Shown here piece by piece: positions 1 to 8,434 of a stretch of 32,000 bases of DNA. The number at the start of each line of letters is the position of its first letter. Within the stretch, counting starts at the first letter, position 1. The DNA comes from Pasteurella multocida (GTDB lineage: Bacteria; Pseudomonadota; Gammaproteobacteria; Enterobacterales; Pasteurellaceae). A model generated the notes under the pieces. That model made no database searches. It was given only the letters and a program-made list of their open reading frames with translations, and was not told the DNA's origin. The position numbers and the translations under genes were made by a program. The DNA lies in NCBI RefSeq assembly GCF_900187275.1, contig NZ_LT906458.1, positions 1,830,001-1,862,000 of the forward strand, in the 5' to 3' direction.

Positions 1-53
1 AGAGATTTTTTGATGTCAAAATACTGCATGACAATTCCTTTTAAATAAAATGG

Positions 54-1583
54 TTAAAATGTTTTACTGAAGGTTAAATAAATCCGATTCCGGTCATATT
101 CGGAAAAAGGATTGTTACTGGTGGTTTTTTGATATGCCCAAGTGATTTTAGGCGTGATCCCCAACCAGTGAAGACTACGATGCCAAATCGTAAAATTGAC
201 ACCGTATTCGCGATTTTTTTGCACAACTTTAAAGAAACTCGGCGCGAAAATCATATTCTTTTCTGCTGAAGGTGCTCGATAAGTACGCGTGGCATAGCTT
301 GTTTGTAAACGCGTTGAAATGCCTTTCGGCCATTCTTGCCCCCAACCTAGACGTATTCCTTGACGTTCAAAAGCATAGGCTTTTAGCCGGGTATTTTTTT
401 GATAATAATCGAATCCAACAAACCAAAATTGTTGGCTATTTGGCATATATATCAGAGTATTGCTAATGGAATAGCTATTTCCATTTGAGCTTTGCCGTTG
501 AGGTTGGATATAACGTTGTTCGGTATATTCCAGAACCGTGGAGATTTTCCAATTGGGTGTCAACCAATAATCCACGTCAAGGTTGATACCTGAGCTTTTA
601 GAATAACGGTGTAATGTACGTGCATCCTTTGTTGCATTTTCACCGCCCACATACCAAAATTGTTCCACGAAAGGTATAAGTTTCACTTCTGTTTTGGCAT
701 TACGGTAACCACCACCTAGATTGAGGCGAGTCGAAAACTCATCATACTTATGATTATCCCAATAATATTTTCCATTGATATCGGCACTAAATTCTGTGAA
801 AAAGCCGTGGGCTAATGACCAATTTTTACTTAAATTAATAAAATAACTTAAACCATGTGCTTTTTCTGGTTGGCTTGAAGGGGTGAAGCCTTCCGCTTTG
901 GTGCCTTTAGGCGGTGCATTATTGACATTGTTCTCATGCAAATAATTTACTCCGCCATACACATTCCAGCTATCGCGTTGGTTAATCGCATCAATATAGC
1001 TATCAATGAGGGTCAGTAAAGGCGCGGGTAAGTTTTCTGAACGCAGTTGGTTAAATTGTGCTTTCGCGGCTTCATTTTCACGGTTTTGCGTTAAGGCGAT
1101 AGCGAGTTGTAAGCGTGCAGGTTGTAAATTGGGCTTTTCTGCAATAATTTGGCGATATAAACGTACTGATTCACTTAATTTTCCTTGTTTACGAGCAACC
1201 ATTGCCTGTGCCCATTTTAATAACAGCGGATCAGGCGATTGTTGGGCATAAATGGGTAACAGAATTTCCGCACCGCGCATATCATTATTTTTTAATGCCG
1301 GGATTAAGGCGCGAAGCACCAAATCAGGTCTGCTAGCAAGTTGTTCAATGGTCAACGAAATTTGCTGACTGCTCGCACTTGATGTGGGTTCAGTCGGTTT
1401 CGGTTTCTGAGAAAAGAGATGCTGTTTAGGTGACGTCTGGGAAAATGTTTCATCTGGTCGGCTATTATCTACGGGGATCACAGTATTCGCCCACGCGGTG
1501 TTATAAATAACGCCAGAGAGAAAAACAAGGCGACCGAAAAAAGGTAAAAAAGTAAGCGGTTTTAAGTTTATCATTAAGTTCAT
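54..1583 (-). CDS. Slam family surface lipoprotein assembly modifier (TPR N-terminal domain plus DUF560-like C-terminal beta-barrel)
   Basis: 509-aa ORF with signal peptide, TPR-like segment (LLLKWAQAMVARKQGKLSESVRLYRQIIAEKPNLQPARLQLAIAL), alternating beta-strand C-terminal half and terminal Phe (RNRIYLTFSKTF) typical of outer-membrane barrels. Lies next to two lipoprotein genes. Confidence 0.87.
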   Translation of the reverse strand: MNLMINLKPLTFLPFFGRLVFLSGVIYNTAWANTVIPVDNSRPDETFSQTSPKQHLFSQKPKPTEPTSSASSQQISLTIEQLASRPDLVLRALIPALKNNDMRGAEILLPIYAQQSPDPLLLKWAQAMVARKQGKLSESVRLYRQIIAEKPNLQPARLQLAIALTQNRENEAAKAQFNQLRSENLPAPLLTLIDSYIDAINQRDSWNVYGGVNYLHENNVNNAPPKGTKAEGFTPSSQPEKAHGLSYFINLSKNWSLAHGFFTEFSADINGKYYWDNHKYDEFSTRLNLGGGYRNAKTEVKLIPFVEQFWYVGGENATKDARTLHRYSKSSGINLDVDYWLTPNWKISTVLEYTEQRYIQPQRQSSNGNSYSISNTLIYMPNSQQFWFVGFDYYQKNTRLKAYAFERQGIRLGWGQEWPKGISTRLQTSYATRTYRAPSAEKNMIFAPSFFKVVQKNREYGVNFTIWHRSLHWLGITPKITWAYQKTTSNNPFSEYDRNRIYLTFSKTF

Positions 1584-1632
1584 CTGAAAAAAGTCATTAT
1601 ATTCTGTTTATTATTGGTGTGGGCTTTTGCGA

Positions 1633-2235
1633 TTAAGGCATTGCAATGGCATACAAGCGGTAACTAACTTGACCGGTTATTTTTTCTTTGAGTATTGTCC
1701 AGTTCTCTGGGGCAATAATCGGTTTGTCTTTTTCCGTTTCCACATAAACCAATGCGTCAGGTTTTAGCCAATTATGTCGAGCTAATAAATCAACTGTTTG
1801 CTGTGCTAGACCGAAGTGAAAAGGCGGATCAATAAACACAATGTCAAAGTGCGGTGCAGTTTGGGGTTGATTTAAAAATTGCAGGCTATTTTGATTGATG
1901 ACGTTAGCCTGTTCTGCATTGCATTTTAACGTAGCAAGATTTTTGCTGAGTTGTGTCGCAACATTTTTATCTAGCTCTAAAAACGTCACCTGTTTTGCCT
2001 GACGTGAAAGTGCCTCAAAACCTAATGCACCACTGCCAGCAAAGCAATCAAGGCAGGTCGCATCGACAATGTAGGGCATGAGCCAATTGAATAAGGTTTC
2101 TTTAACCCGATCACCTGTTGGACGTAATCCATCCGCAGAAAGCACGGGCAATTTCCGCCCGCGCCATAATCCTGCAATGATACGTACTTCACCTTTTGGT
2201 GTGCTAGATTTGAGTTTTTGTGTTGGTTTTTTCAT
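1633..2235 (-). CDS. rsmD: 16S rRNA (guanine966-N2)-methyltransferase RsmD
   Basis: 200 aa. N-terminal RIIAGLWRGRKLPV...LRPTGDRVKETLFNWL, CFAGSGALGFEALSR SAM motif, DIVFIDPPFH catalytic motif. Confidence 0.97.
   Translation of the reverse strand: MKKPTQKLKSSTPKGEVRIIAGLWRGRKLPVLSADGLRPTGDRVKETLFNWLMPYIVDATCLDCFAGSGALGFEALSRQAKQVTFLELDKNVATQLSKNLATLKCNAEQANVINQNSLQFLNQPQTAPHFDIVFIDPPFHFGLAQQTVDLLARHNWLKPDALVYVETEKDKPIIAPENWTILKEKITGQVSYRLYAIAMP
1847..1855 (+). repeat. Uptake signal sequence core (Hin-type)
   Basis: Perfect AAGTGCGGT within rsmD. Confidence 0.85.
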
Positions 2236-2285
2236 AAGGTTATAAAATAAATAGCGGTATGCGAAAATACCATATCATCATGTGT

Positions 2286-3293
2286 TTATTGTGCTTGGTG
2301 ACTTTTTTCAGCAAATAATAACCCATAATATTTTTCAGCTTTTCCTACACCAACAACGTATTTTTTATCAGTTTTTTCTGCGTTGATAAAATTCAGCTCC
2401 ATTGCCATGTTGTCGGGTCCTGTAGGGGATAGTTTATGGGGATTGTCCTTGTGTGGTGTTATAGTTAAGTTTTGTCCTTCTCCTGAGAGCTGAAACAAAT
2501 CATCACGTCCTCTATTATATCTGTAGATTTCACCATAAATCTTGCCATTTCGGAAAGTAAGAGTCACATTGCCATACTGAGGAATATATTCTGAACCAAC
2601 TCGATTTACATCACTTAATACGGAATATATAAAACCATCTTCTTGATAATAAGTTGCAGTTAGTGCATTGAGGTTCTCATTATTTATTGCATCTGGTTTA
2701 ATTGCATAAATATAATTTTTTTCTACTTTTTTGTAATCTGCTGAAGGTTGTCCATAACTTCCATAATAAAATAAAGCGTCTTTTAACGTAAAGTTATAAT
2801 AATCCTCTTTATTCTCATTTTTTCCGTCAACTAATGATATTGTTTTACTTTGTGTTTTTGTTTTATCAAAAACTGGATCATCATTGTATTGAGAATTATA
2901 TTTTACGAAAGTGAATACCGTAACGTTATCTTTATCTACATTATTACTCGCATTTCCCACTTCTGAAACATGATAACCTGTCCAAGTGAGATTTTCTTGT
3001 GCAGGTTGGTTTTTTTCTTGTTCTAGAGGGGCTTTAAAGGAGGATTGTTGACTATTTTCTTTGGATGTGTCATGAGAAGACATTGAAAGTTTGTCATGAA
3101 GAGAATCATTCGTAGCGGTATTAGTAGGATTTTTGATTGGAGCGGAAGAAGGCTCACTATTTGATTGAACCGGTTGTGCTTTTTCCTCTACACGGTCAGC
3201 ACGATTTCCAGCGCTACCGCCACCGCCGCTACATGCAACTAATAATGAAGAGAGGGTCATCAATAAGCTTGTTTTTAAAACGATTTGTTTCAT
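2286..3293 (-). CDS. Putative Slam-dependent surface lipoprotein (paralogue 1)
   Basis: Lipobox SSLLVACSGGGG followed by a poly-Gly/Ser tether and a disordered Pro/Glu/Ser linker, then a beta-rich C-terminal domain. Shares motifs with the adjacent ORF (YYQEDGFIYS...YGNVTLTFRNGKIYGEIYR and VGKAEKYYGLLFAEKS). Confidence 0.8.
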   Translation of the reverse strand: MKQIVLKTSLLMTLSSLLVACSGGGGSAGNRADRVEEKAQPVQSNSEPSSAPIKNPTNTATNDSLHDKLSMSSHDTSKENSQQSSFKAPLEQEKNQPAQENLTWTGYHVSEVGNASNNVDKDNVTVFTFVKYNSQYNDDPVFDKTKTQSKTISLVDGKNENKEDYYNFTLKDALFYYGSYGQPSADYKKVEKNYIYAIKPDAINNENLNALTATYYQEDGFIYSVLSDVNRVGSEYIPQYGNVTLTFRNGKIYGEIYRYNRGRDDLFQLSGEGQNLTITPHKDNPHKLSPTGPDNMAMELNFINAEKTDKKYVVGVGKAEKYYGLLFAEKSHQAQ

Positions 3294-3501
3294 ATTTATC
3301 CTTGTACTGCCTAGATCAAAATATAGGTAACATCATATCCTTTATGATGCGGTGTTATTTTATCATTTTTTCTTTGTTAAGAAGGGATTTATTATTTTTA
3401 ATAAACAAGATCGTTTTATTTGCTTGGTTTTTATGCCGTTATTGTCTATGAATTATATTATTTCGTAACAGAGAGTATTTTTTAAAATAAGAAAAGATAA
3501 A

Positions 3502-3526
3502 AAAAGGCGTTTTTTAAACGCCTTTT
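3502..3526 (-). terminator. Rho-independent terminator downstream of lipoprotein paralogue 2
   Basis: AAAAGGCGTTT / AAACGCCTTTT perfect 11-bp arms with 3-nt loop. Minus-strand reading continues into TTTTTTTATC directly after the paralogue 2 stop codon. Confidence 0.85.
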
Positions 3527-3531
3527 ATCTT

Positions 3532-4578
3532 TTATTTACCCGTAGAGTTTTCTGCTGGTTTTTCATCTGATTTTTCAGCGGCTAATACTCCAATCCATGT
3601 TTCGGCTTTAGCATTACCGAAAAGGTACTTGTGATCAGCTTTTCCTTTTTCTGAATCAGCTAATATATAATTAAGATTAGCTTTATCCCCTTTTTTAATT
3701 GTACCGAGAAGATGTTCTAAGACAGGTTCAATAGTTGAACTACCATGATTACCTTTTTCTATTTTAAAAATTTCTTCTTTGTTAGTTTCTCGACTATTGC
3801 CATTCTCAGAGCGATAAATAGAACCTGATATACTACCGTTGTCATAGAGAATATTCACATCACCATAATTTATTAAGCCATTATTAGATAATTCCGTATT
3901 ACTAATAGGCGCATAAATAAACCCTTTTTCTTTTTTATAATAAGCCTTGAACTGAGTAGATTGGTCTGGGCTTTTAAAATCCGTATTGATGGCATAAAGT
4001 AATTCCACATTTTTATGCGCGCGACTATCATCAATATTGTGACGATAACCATAATAGCCTACTTCATTACCATCACTGCCTAATAAAGTAAATTTATACT
4101 CCACTCCTGAATTATCACCTAAGTTAAGGGTGATATGTTCTGGCTCTTTTTTATATTTATCTGGTGTACTACTGTTTCTATCAGCATTTTCCACATGTTC
4201 TAGTTTATAAACCGTTACATGATTTTTATTTTCATTTTTTGCAGCACAAACCGATTTTGCCTCACAAGCGCCTTCCCATTTTTCTTGTGCAGAAGGAGGG
4301 GACATTCCCATACTGTCATTTGCAGGTGGTGCAGGTGGTGCAGGTGGTGCAGGTGGTGCCTCCTTTGCGCCAGTATCTGGTGCTTGGTTTTTAGGTGGTG
4401 CCGGTATATTTGGTGCAGCATCTGGTTGTTGATGCGCTGGTGGTGCAGGTTGAATCGGCTGTACTGGTGGAGGCGCATTGTTTCCGCCATTGCCGCTACC
4501 GCCACCACCGCCACCGCAAGCGATTAAAAGGCAAGATAATCCGAAGACAGTTGTTAATTTGATGATTGCTTTTTTCAT
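3532..4578 (-). CDS. Putative Slam-dependent surface lipoprotein (paralogue 2) with Pro/Ala-rich linker
   Basis: ORF track start is 4596, but the ATG at 4578 (MKKAIIKL...) has a good SD (AGGGAA) and gives a clean signal peptide plus lipobox CLLIACGGGGGG. C-terminal motifs YYKKEKGFIY...YGDVNILYDNGSISGSIYR and FGNAKAETWIGVLAAEKS parallel the neighbouring lipoprotein. Confidence 0.8.
   Translation of the reverse strand: MKKAIIKLTTVFGLSCLLIACGGGGGGSGNGGNNAPPPVQPIQPAPPAHQQPDAAPNIPAPPKNQAPDTGAKEAPPAPPAPPAPPANDSMGMSPPSAQEKWEGACEAKSVCAAKNENKNHVTVYKLEHVENADRNSSTPDKYKKEPEHITLNLGDNSGVEYKFTLLGSDGNEVGYYGYRHNIDDSRAHKNVELLYAINTDFKSPDQSTQFKAYYKKEKGFIYAPISNTELSNNGLINYGDVNILYDNGSISGSIYRSENGNSRETNKEEIFKIEKGNHGSSTIEPVLEHLLGTIKKGDKANLNYILADSEKGKADHKYLFGNAKAETWIGVLAAEKSDEKPAENSTGK
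4322..4357 (-). repeat. Four perfect 9-nt tandem repeats (GCAGGTGGT on + strand) encoding (APP)n in the lipoprotein linker
   Basis: Direct reading of tgcaggtggtgcaggtggtgcaggtggtgcaggtggtgcc. Encodes EAPPAPPAPPAPPAND. Confidence 0.95.
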
Positions 4579-4795
4579 AGTGTATTCCCTATACATGTTG
4601 CATAAGCAGATTGCTTATATCCTTATTAAAAATGTGCATATTTTACACATTTTTATTATTTATACAGCTAAATTTGTATAAATTTTGCAAATTTTATGGA
4701 AAGCAAGGAGATTTTTTTCATCGTTTAAGTATTCAATGTTAAAATGAGCAATCAATTTTTGAATTCAAAATATGTTTAGGCAATGAGAAAAAATT

Positions 4796-6175
4796 ATGTC
4801 AACGGAAAATAAAAAAGGTGGCTTTTGGTCTTGGCTTGGTTTGGGAAAAAAGCAAGAAACACCAGAGGCGACACAGACGTTACCGAGTACAGAAACGTCT
4901 GACAATATTGAGCAAGTCGAAGAAATCAAACCAGAGGTTGAACCCCAAATTGAGCAAACAGAAAGTGCGGTGATTTCTGATGAAATATCATCTTCGACCA
5001 CATCCGATACACCGGCGACATTCTCCCCAACATTAGACGAAACAGACGCGCAACACGTGAAGACTGATGAGGGTGACGATGTGCAGAGTGCGTTTCAGCA
5101 GGCTGAAAAGGAGACGAAAACGGAAGACTGCCTTGAAGAAACGGATTCTGTTGCCAGTGCGCTAACATCTGATGAGGACGTCAAACTGGCTGTGTTAACA
5201 CCTTCTCAACCTCAAGAACAAGAAAAAAAGAGTGAAGGTGGTTTTTTTAGCCGTTTAGTGAAAGGGCTGTTAAAAACGAAACAAAATCTTGGTGCGGGTT
5301 TTCGCAGTTTCTTTTTTGGTAAAAAAATTGATGATGCATTATTTGAGGAATTAGAAGAACAGCTCCTCATCGCCGATTTAGGTGTACCGACTGCGACAAA
5401 AATCATCAATAACTTAACGCAACATGCTAGTCACCAGCAATTAAAAGAAGCGGATTTGTTGTATCAACAACTAAAAGTAGAAATGGCAGAGATTCTTAAA
5501 CCTGTTGCCCAGCCACTCGTGATTGATCAAAGCAAAAAACCTTATGTGATTTTAATGGTCGGTGTGAATGGTGTGGGAAAAACCACGACCATTGGTAAAT
5601 TAGCGCGTCAGTTCCAAAATGAAGGTAAATCAGTCATGTTAGCGGCAGGTGATACGTTCCGTGCGGCGGCGGTTGAGCAATTGCAAGTGTGGGGTGAACG
5701 TAACGGTATTCCGGTGGTGGCACAAAGCACAGGATCCGATTCTGCTTCCGTTATTTTTGATGCGATGCAGTCTGCTGCCGCACGTCATGTTGATGTGTTG
5801 ATTGCAGATACGGCAGGACGTTTACAAAATAAAAATAACCTAATGGACGAGTTGAAAAAAATTGTGCGTGTGATGAAAAAATATGATGAAACAGCACCAC
5901 ATGAAATTATGCTAACGCTCGATGCCGGAACGGGACAAAATGCGATTAGCCAAGCGAAATTATTCCATGAAGCGGTTGGCTTAACGGGGATTACCTTAAC
6001 CAAGTTAGACGGTACCGCAAAAGGTGGTGTGATTTTTGCGATTGCTGATCAATTCAATTTACCGATTCGTTATATTGGGGTGGGTGAAAAAATTGAAGAT
6101 TTACGTCCATTTAATGCGGATGAATTTATTGACGCGTTATTTGTGCATGAAGACGAAAGCAGCGTAGCAAATTAA
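4796..6175 (+). CDS. ftsY: Signal recognition particle receptor FtsY
   Basis: 459 aa. Acidic N-terminal A domain; NG GTPase domain motifs GVNGVGKTTTIGKLA, DTFRAAAVEQL, DTAGRLQNKNNLMDEL, TKLDGTAKGG, GVGEKIEDLRPF. Confidence 0.98.
   Translation: MSTENKKGGFWSWLGLGKKQETPEATQTLPSTETSDNIEQVEEIKPEVEPQIEQTESAVISDEISSSTTSDTPATFSPTLDETDAQHVKTDEGDDVQSAFQQAEKETKTEDCLEETDSVASALTSDEDVKLAVLTPSQPQEQEKKSEGGFFSRLVKGLLKTKQNLGAGFRSFFFGKKIDDALFEELEEQLLIADLGVPTATKIINNLTQHASHQQLKEADLLYQQLKVEMAEILKPVAQPLVIDQSKKPYVILMVGVNGVGKTTTIGKLARQFQNEGKSVMLAAGDTFRAAAVEQLQVWGERNGIPVVAQSTGSDSASVIFDAMQSAAARHVDVLIADTAGRLQNKNNLMDELKKIVRVMKKYDETAPHEIMLTLDAGTGQNAISQAKLFHEAVGLTGITLTKLDGTAKGGVIFAIADQFNLPIRYIGVGEKIEDLRPFNADEFIDALFVHEDESSVAN
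4963..4971 (+). repeat. Uptake signal sequence core (Hin-type)
   Basis: Perfect AAGTGCGGT within ftsY N-terminal acidic region. Confidence 0.85.
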
Positions 6176-6225
6176 AGTGAGCTCGGCGATGGCTGAGCCT
6201 AAAAAGAGAGTAAAAGTAGCATAAC

Positions 6226-6876
6226 ATGATTAGATTTTCCAATGTGAGTAAAGCCTATCTCGGTGGTAAGCCTGCATTACAAAATATCAGTTTTCATTTG
6301 CCCGTGGGTAGTATGACCTATGTCATTGGGCATTCTGGGGCGGGGAAAAGTACGCTGTTGAAATTGATAATGGGCATGGAAAGGGCAAATGGTGGGCAGA
6401 TTTGGTTTAATGGGCATGATATTACCCGTTTAGCAGCACATGAAATTCCGTTCTTACGTCGTCAAATTGGCATGGTACACCAAGATTACCGTCTGTTAGC
6501 AGATCGTTCGATTGTGGATAATGTGGCGTTACCCCTGATTATTGCGGGGATGCATCCTAACGAAGCGGAAAGTCGAGCGCTCGCTACCTTAGATCGTGTG
6601 GGCTTGCGTGATCGTGCGAATCATTTACCTGTGCATTTGTCCGGTGGTGAGCAGCAGCGAGTGGATATTGCCCGCGCGATTGTGCATAAACCGCAATTAT
6701 TGCTTGCCGATGAGCCAACAGGTAACTTGGATAATACCTTGTCTTTTGAAATTTTCAGTTTGTTTGAAGAATTAAATCAAATGGGCATGACGGTGCTGAT
6801 TGCCACACATGACCTCAATATTATTCAACAAAAACCAAAACCTTGTCTTGTCCTTGAACAAGGCTACTTACGCTGA
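6226..6876 (+). CDS. ftsE: Cell division ATP-binding protein FtsE
   Basis: 216 aa ABC ATPase: Walker [10 protein letters not shown], signature [15 protein letters not shown], Walker [13 protein letters not shown]. Located between ftsY and ftsX. Confidence 0.98.
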   Translation: MIRFSNVSKAYLGGKPALQNISFHLPVGSMTYVIGHSGAGKSTLLKLIMGMERANGGQIWFNGHDITRLAAHEIPFLRRQIGMVHQDYRLLADRSIVDNVALPLIIAGMHPNEAESRALATLDRVGLRDRANHLPVHLSGGEQQRVDIARAIVHKPQLLLADEPTGNLDNTLSFEIFSLFEELNQMGMTVLIATHDLNIIQQKPKPCLVLEQGYLR

Positions 6877-6887
6877 GGAAAGTTGTG

Positions 6888-7823
6888 ATGAGTTCGCGCC
6901 GTGTGCATGCGCCATTTTGGGTGCAAATACAATATGTGTTAAAAGCTGTATGGGCTGATTTATTAAAGCGCCGTTTTGGCACCTTACTGACAATTTTAGT
7001 GATCAGTGTTTCCCTAACCATTCCAACAGTAAGCTATTTATTGTGGAAAAATATTCACCAAGCTACGACCCAGTTTTATCCGGAAAGTGAGCTCACAGTG
7101 TATTTACACAAAACCTTGAGTGAAGAAGATGCCAATTTGGTGGTGGAAAAAATTCGCCAACAAAACGGCGTTGCCTCGTTAAATTACATTTCACGTCAAG
7201 AGAGTTTGAATGCGTTTCGTGATTGGTCGGGGTTTGGCAATGAGTTAGATGTATTAGATGATAACCCTTTGCCCGCGGTAGTGATGATCAGACCGACGAA
7301 AGAATATAATGAATCGCAAAAACGCAATGAGCTACGCCAAAATTTAGATAAAATTAAAGGTGTACAAGAAGTCCGTTTAGACAATGATTGGTTGGAAAAA
7401 TTGACCGCACTGACTTGGTTAGTGGCACATGTGGCGATCTTTTGTGCGGTGCTGATGACCTTGGCGGTTTTCTTGGTGATTGGTAACAGTATTCGCTCGG
7501 ATGTGTACAGTAGCCAAGCCACCATTGAAGTGATGAAACTGCTTGGCGCCACCGATCAATTTGTTTTACGCCCTTTCTTATATACGGGCATGATTTATGC
7601 CTTGTTAGGTGGCTTTTTTGCTTGTGTGTTAAGTAGTTTAGTGATTGGTTATTTCACTAGTGCCGTCAAGTATGTGACCGATATTTTTGCGGTACATTTT
7701 GAGTTAAACGGGGTAAATCTGGCGGAGTTTTTATTTCTGATGATCATTTGCACGTTGGTGGGCTACCTTGGTGCTTGGTTAGCGGCAACTCGCCATATTA
7801 AAATGCTTGAGCGAAAAAATTAA
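6888..7823 (+). CDS. ftsX: Cell division protein FtsX
   Basis: Membrane protein in ftsYEX order; SNQATIEVMKLLGAT-like region (SSQATIEVMKLLGATDQFVLRPFLYTG). Track starts at GTG 6885; ATG at 6888. Confidence 0.96.
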   Translation: MSSRRVHAPFWVQIQYVLKAVWADLLKRRFGTLLTILVISVSLTIPTVSYLLWKNIHQATTQFYPESELTVYLHKTLSEEDANLVVEKIRQQNGVASLNYISRQESLNAFRDWSGFGNELDVLDDNPLPAVVMIRPTKEYNESQKRNELRQNLDKIKGVQEVRLDNDWLEKLTALTWLVAHVAIFCAVLMTLAVFLVIGNSIRSDVYSSQATIEVMKLLGATDQFVLRPFLYTGMIYALLGGFFACVLSSLVIGYFTSAVKYVTDIFAVHFELNGVNLAEFLFLMIICTLVGYLGAWLAATRHIKMLERKN

Positions 7824-7830
7824 AAAACAG

Positions 7831-7839
7831 ACCGCACTT
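7831..7839 (-). repeat. Uptake signal sequence core (Hin-type)
   Basis: Perfect ACCGCACTT. Minus reading AAAGTGCGGTCTGTTTTTTAATTTTTT includes the expected AT-rich flank. Confidence 0.92.
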
Positions 7840-7853
7840 TTTATGCAGAAACA

Positions 7854-7883
7854 AAAGGCAGATCAAATGATTGATCTGCCTTT
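7854..7883. terminator. Bidirectional intrinsic terminator between convergent ftsX and hpaC
   Basis: AAAGGCAGATCAA-ATGA-TTGATCTGCCTTT: perfect 13-bp arms, 4-nt loop, flanked by A-rich and T-rich tracts. Confidence 0.9.
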
Positions 7884-7897
7884 CTTATTTTATGCAT

Positions 7898-8404
7898 TTA
7901 CTCTGACGTCCCGACAGTATGGAATTGACGCGAGAAATAGACTAAGGCGTGCTCTTGTTCTTCATTGACTTGAATTTCTTCAAGCTCCACTAAAAACATC
8001 GAATGCGTGCCAATATCACGAATATCCACAATGGTGCCCGTTAAATTGGCGAGTGCATTCTTAAGACTCGGTGGTGCCACCGGGTCTTGTTTTTCATGCC
8101 AAACAGCCCACTCAAAACGCTCATCCATACAACTGCCCATGAAACCAGCAAAGTGTTGTGCGAGTTCGAGTTGTTCTGCACTCAATACATTGACACAAAG
8201 GCGTTTATTGGTCTGGAAGACCGGATTCATTTCACTGTTTTTGTTAATACATACCATAATCGTTGGCGGTGTATCGGTAACGGAACAAACAGCTGTCGCC
8301 GTAATACCACATTTCCCAGCGATACCATTGGTCGTAATAATATTCACGCCAGCGGCTAATTTTGCCATGGAATTACGAAAGTGTTGTTGAATTGGCGTAA
8401 GCAT
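7898..8404 (-). CDS. hpaC: 4-hydroxyphenylacetate 3-monooxygenase, flavin reductase component
   Basis: 168 aa flavin reductase-like protein (FRNSMAKLAAGVNIITTNG..G..GITATAVCSVTDTPPTIMVCINKNS), directly downstream of hpaB. Confidence 0.93.
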   Translation of the reverse strand: MLTPIQQHFRNSMAKLAAGVNIITTNGIAGKCGITATAVCSVTDTPPTIMVCINKNSEMNPVFQTNKRLCVNVLSAEQLELAQHFAGFMGSCMDERFEWAVWHEKQDPVAPPSLKNALANLTGTIVDIRDIGTHSMFLVELEEIQVNEEQEHALVYFSRQFHTVGTSE

Positions 8405-8434
8405 ATTGATTTTCCTTATGTTTTACAACGTACG

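Noticed and set aside
1653-1661. ACAAGCGGT (Apl-type uptake signal core) near the end of rsmD
   Set aside because: Only one copy noticed, against eleven Hin-type cores. A single 9-mer is compatible with chance.
2256-2271. Short GGTAT/ATACC hairpin between lipoprotein 1 and rsmD
   Set aside because: Only 5-bp arms and no T-run, too weak to call as terminator.
4322-4357. Considered CRISPR or phase-variable on/off tract
   Set aside because: Adjacent 9-nt units without spacers, and a unit length divisible by 3 cannot cause frameshifts.
4164-4527. ORFs 4164..4394 (-), 4215..4514 (-), 4219..4527 (+) with CRWCRWCRW/HHLHHLHHL repeats
   Set aside because: Out-of-frame translations of the APP-encoding 9-nt tandem repeat of the lipoprotein gene, not real proteins.
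6345-6354. GAAAAGTACG match to the putative HpaA half-site in ftsE
   Set aside because: It encodes the Walker A loop (GAGKSTL), has no second half-site at 21-bp spacing and no nearby hpa gene. Treated as coincidence.
8007-8390. 127-aa plus-strand ORF and 8087..8359 antisense to hpaC
   Set aside because: Complement of a confident hpaC gene with no recognisable domain.
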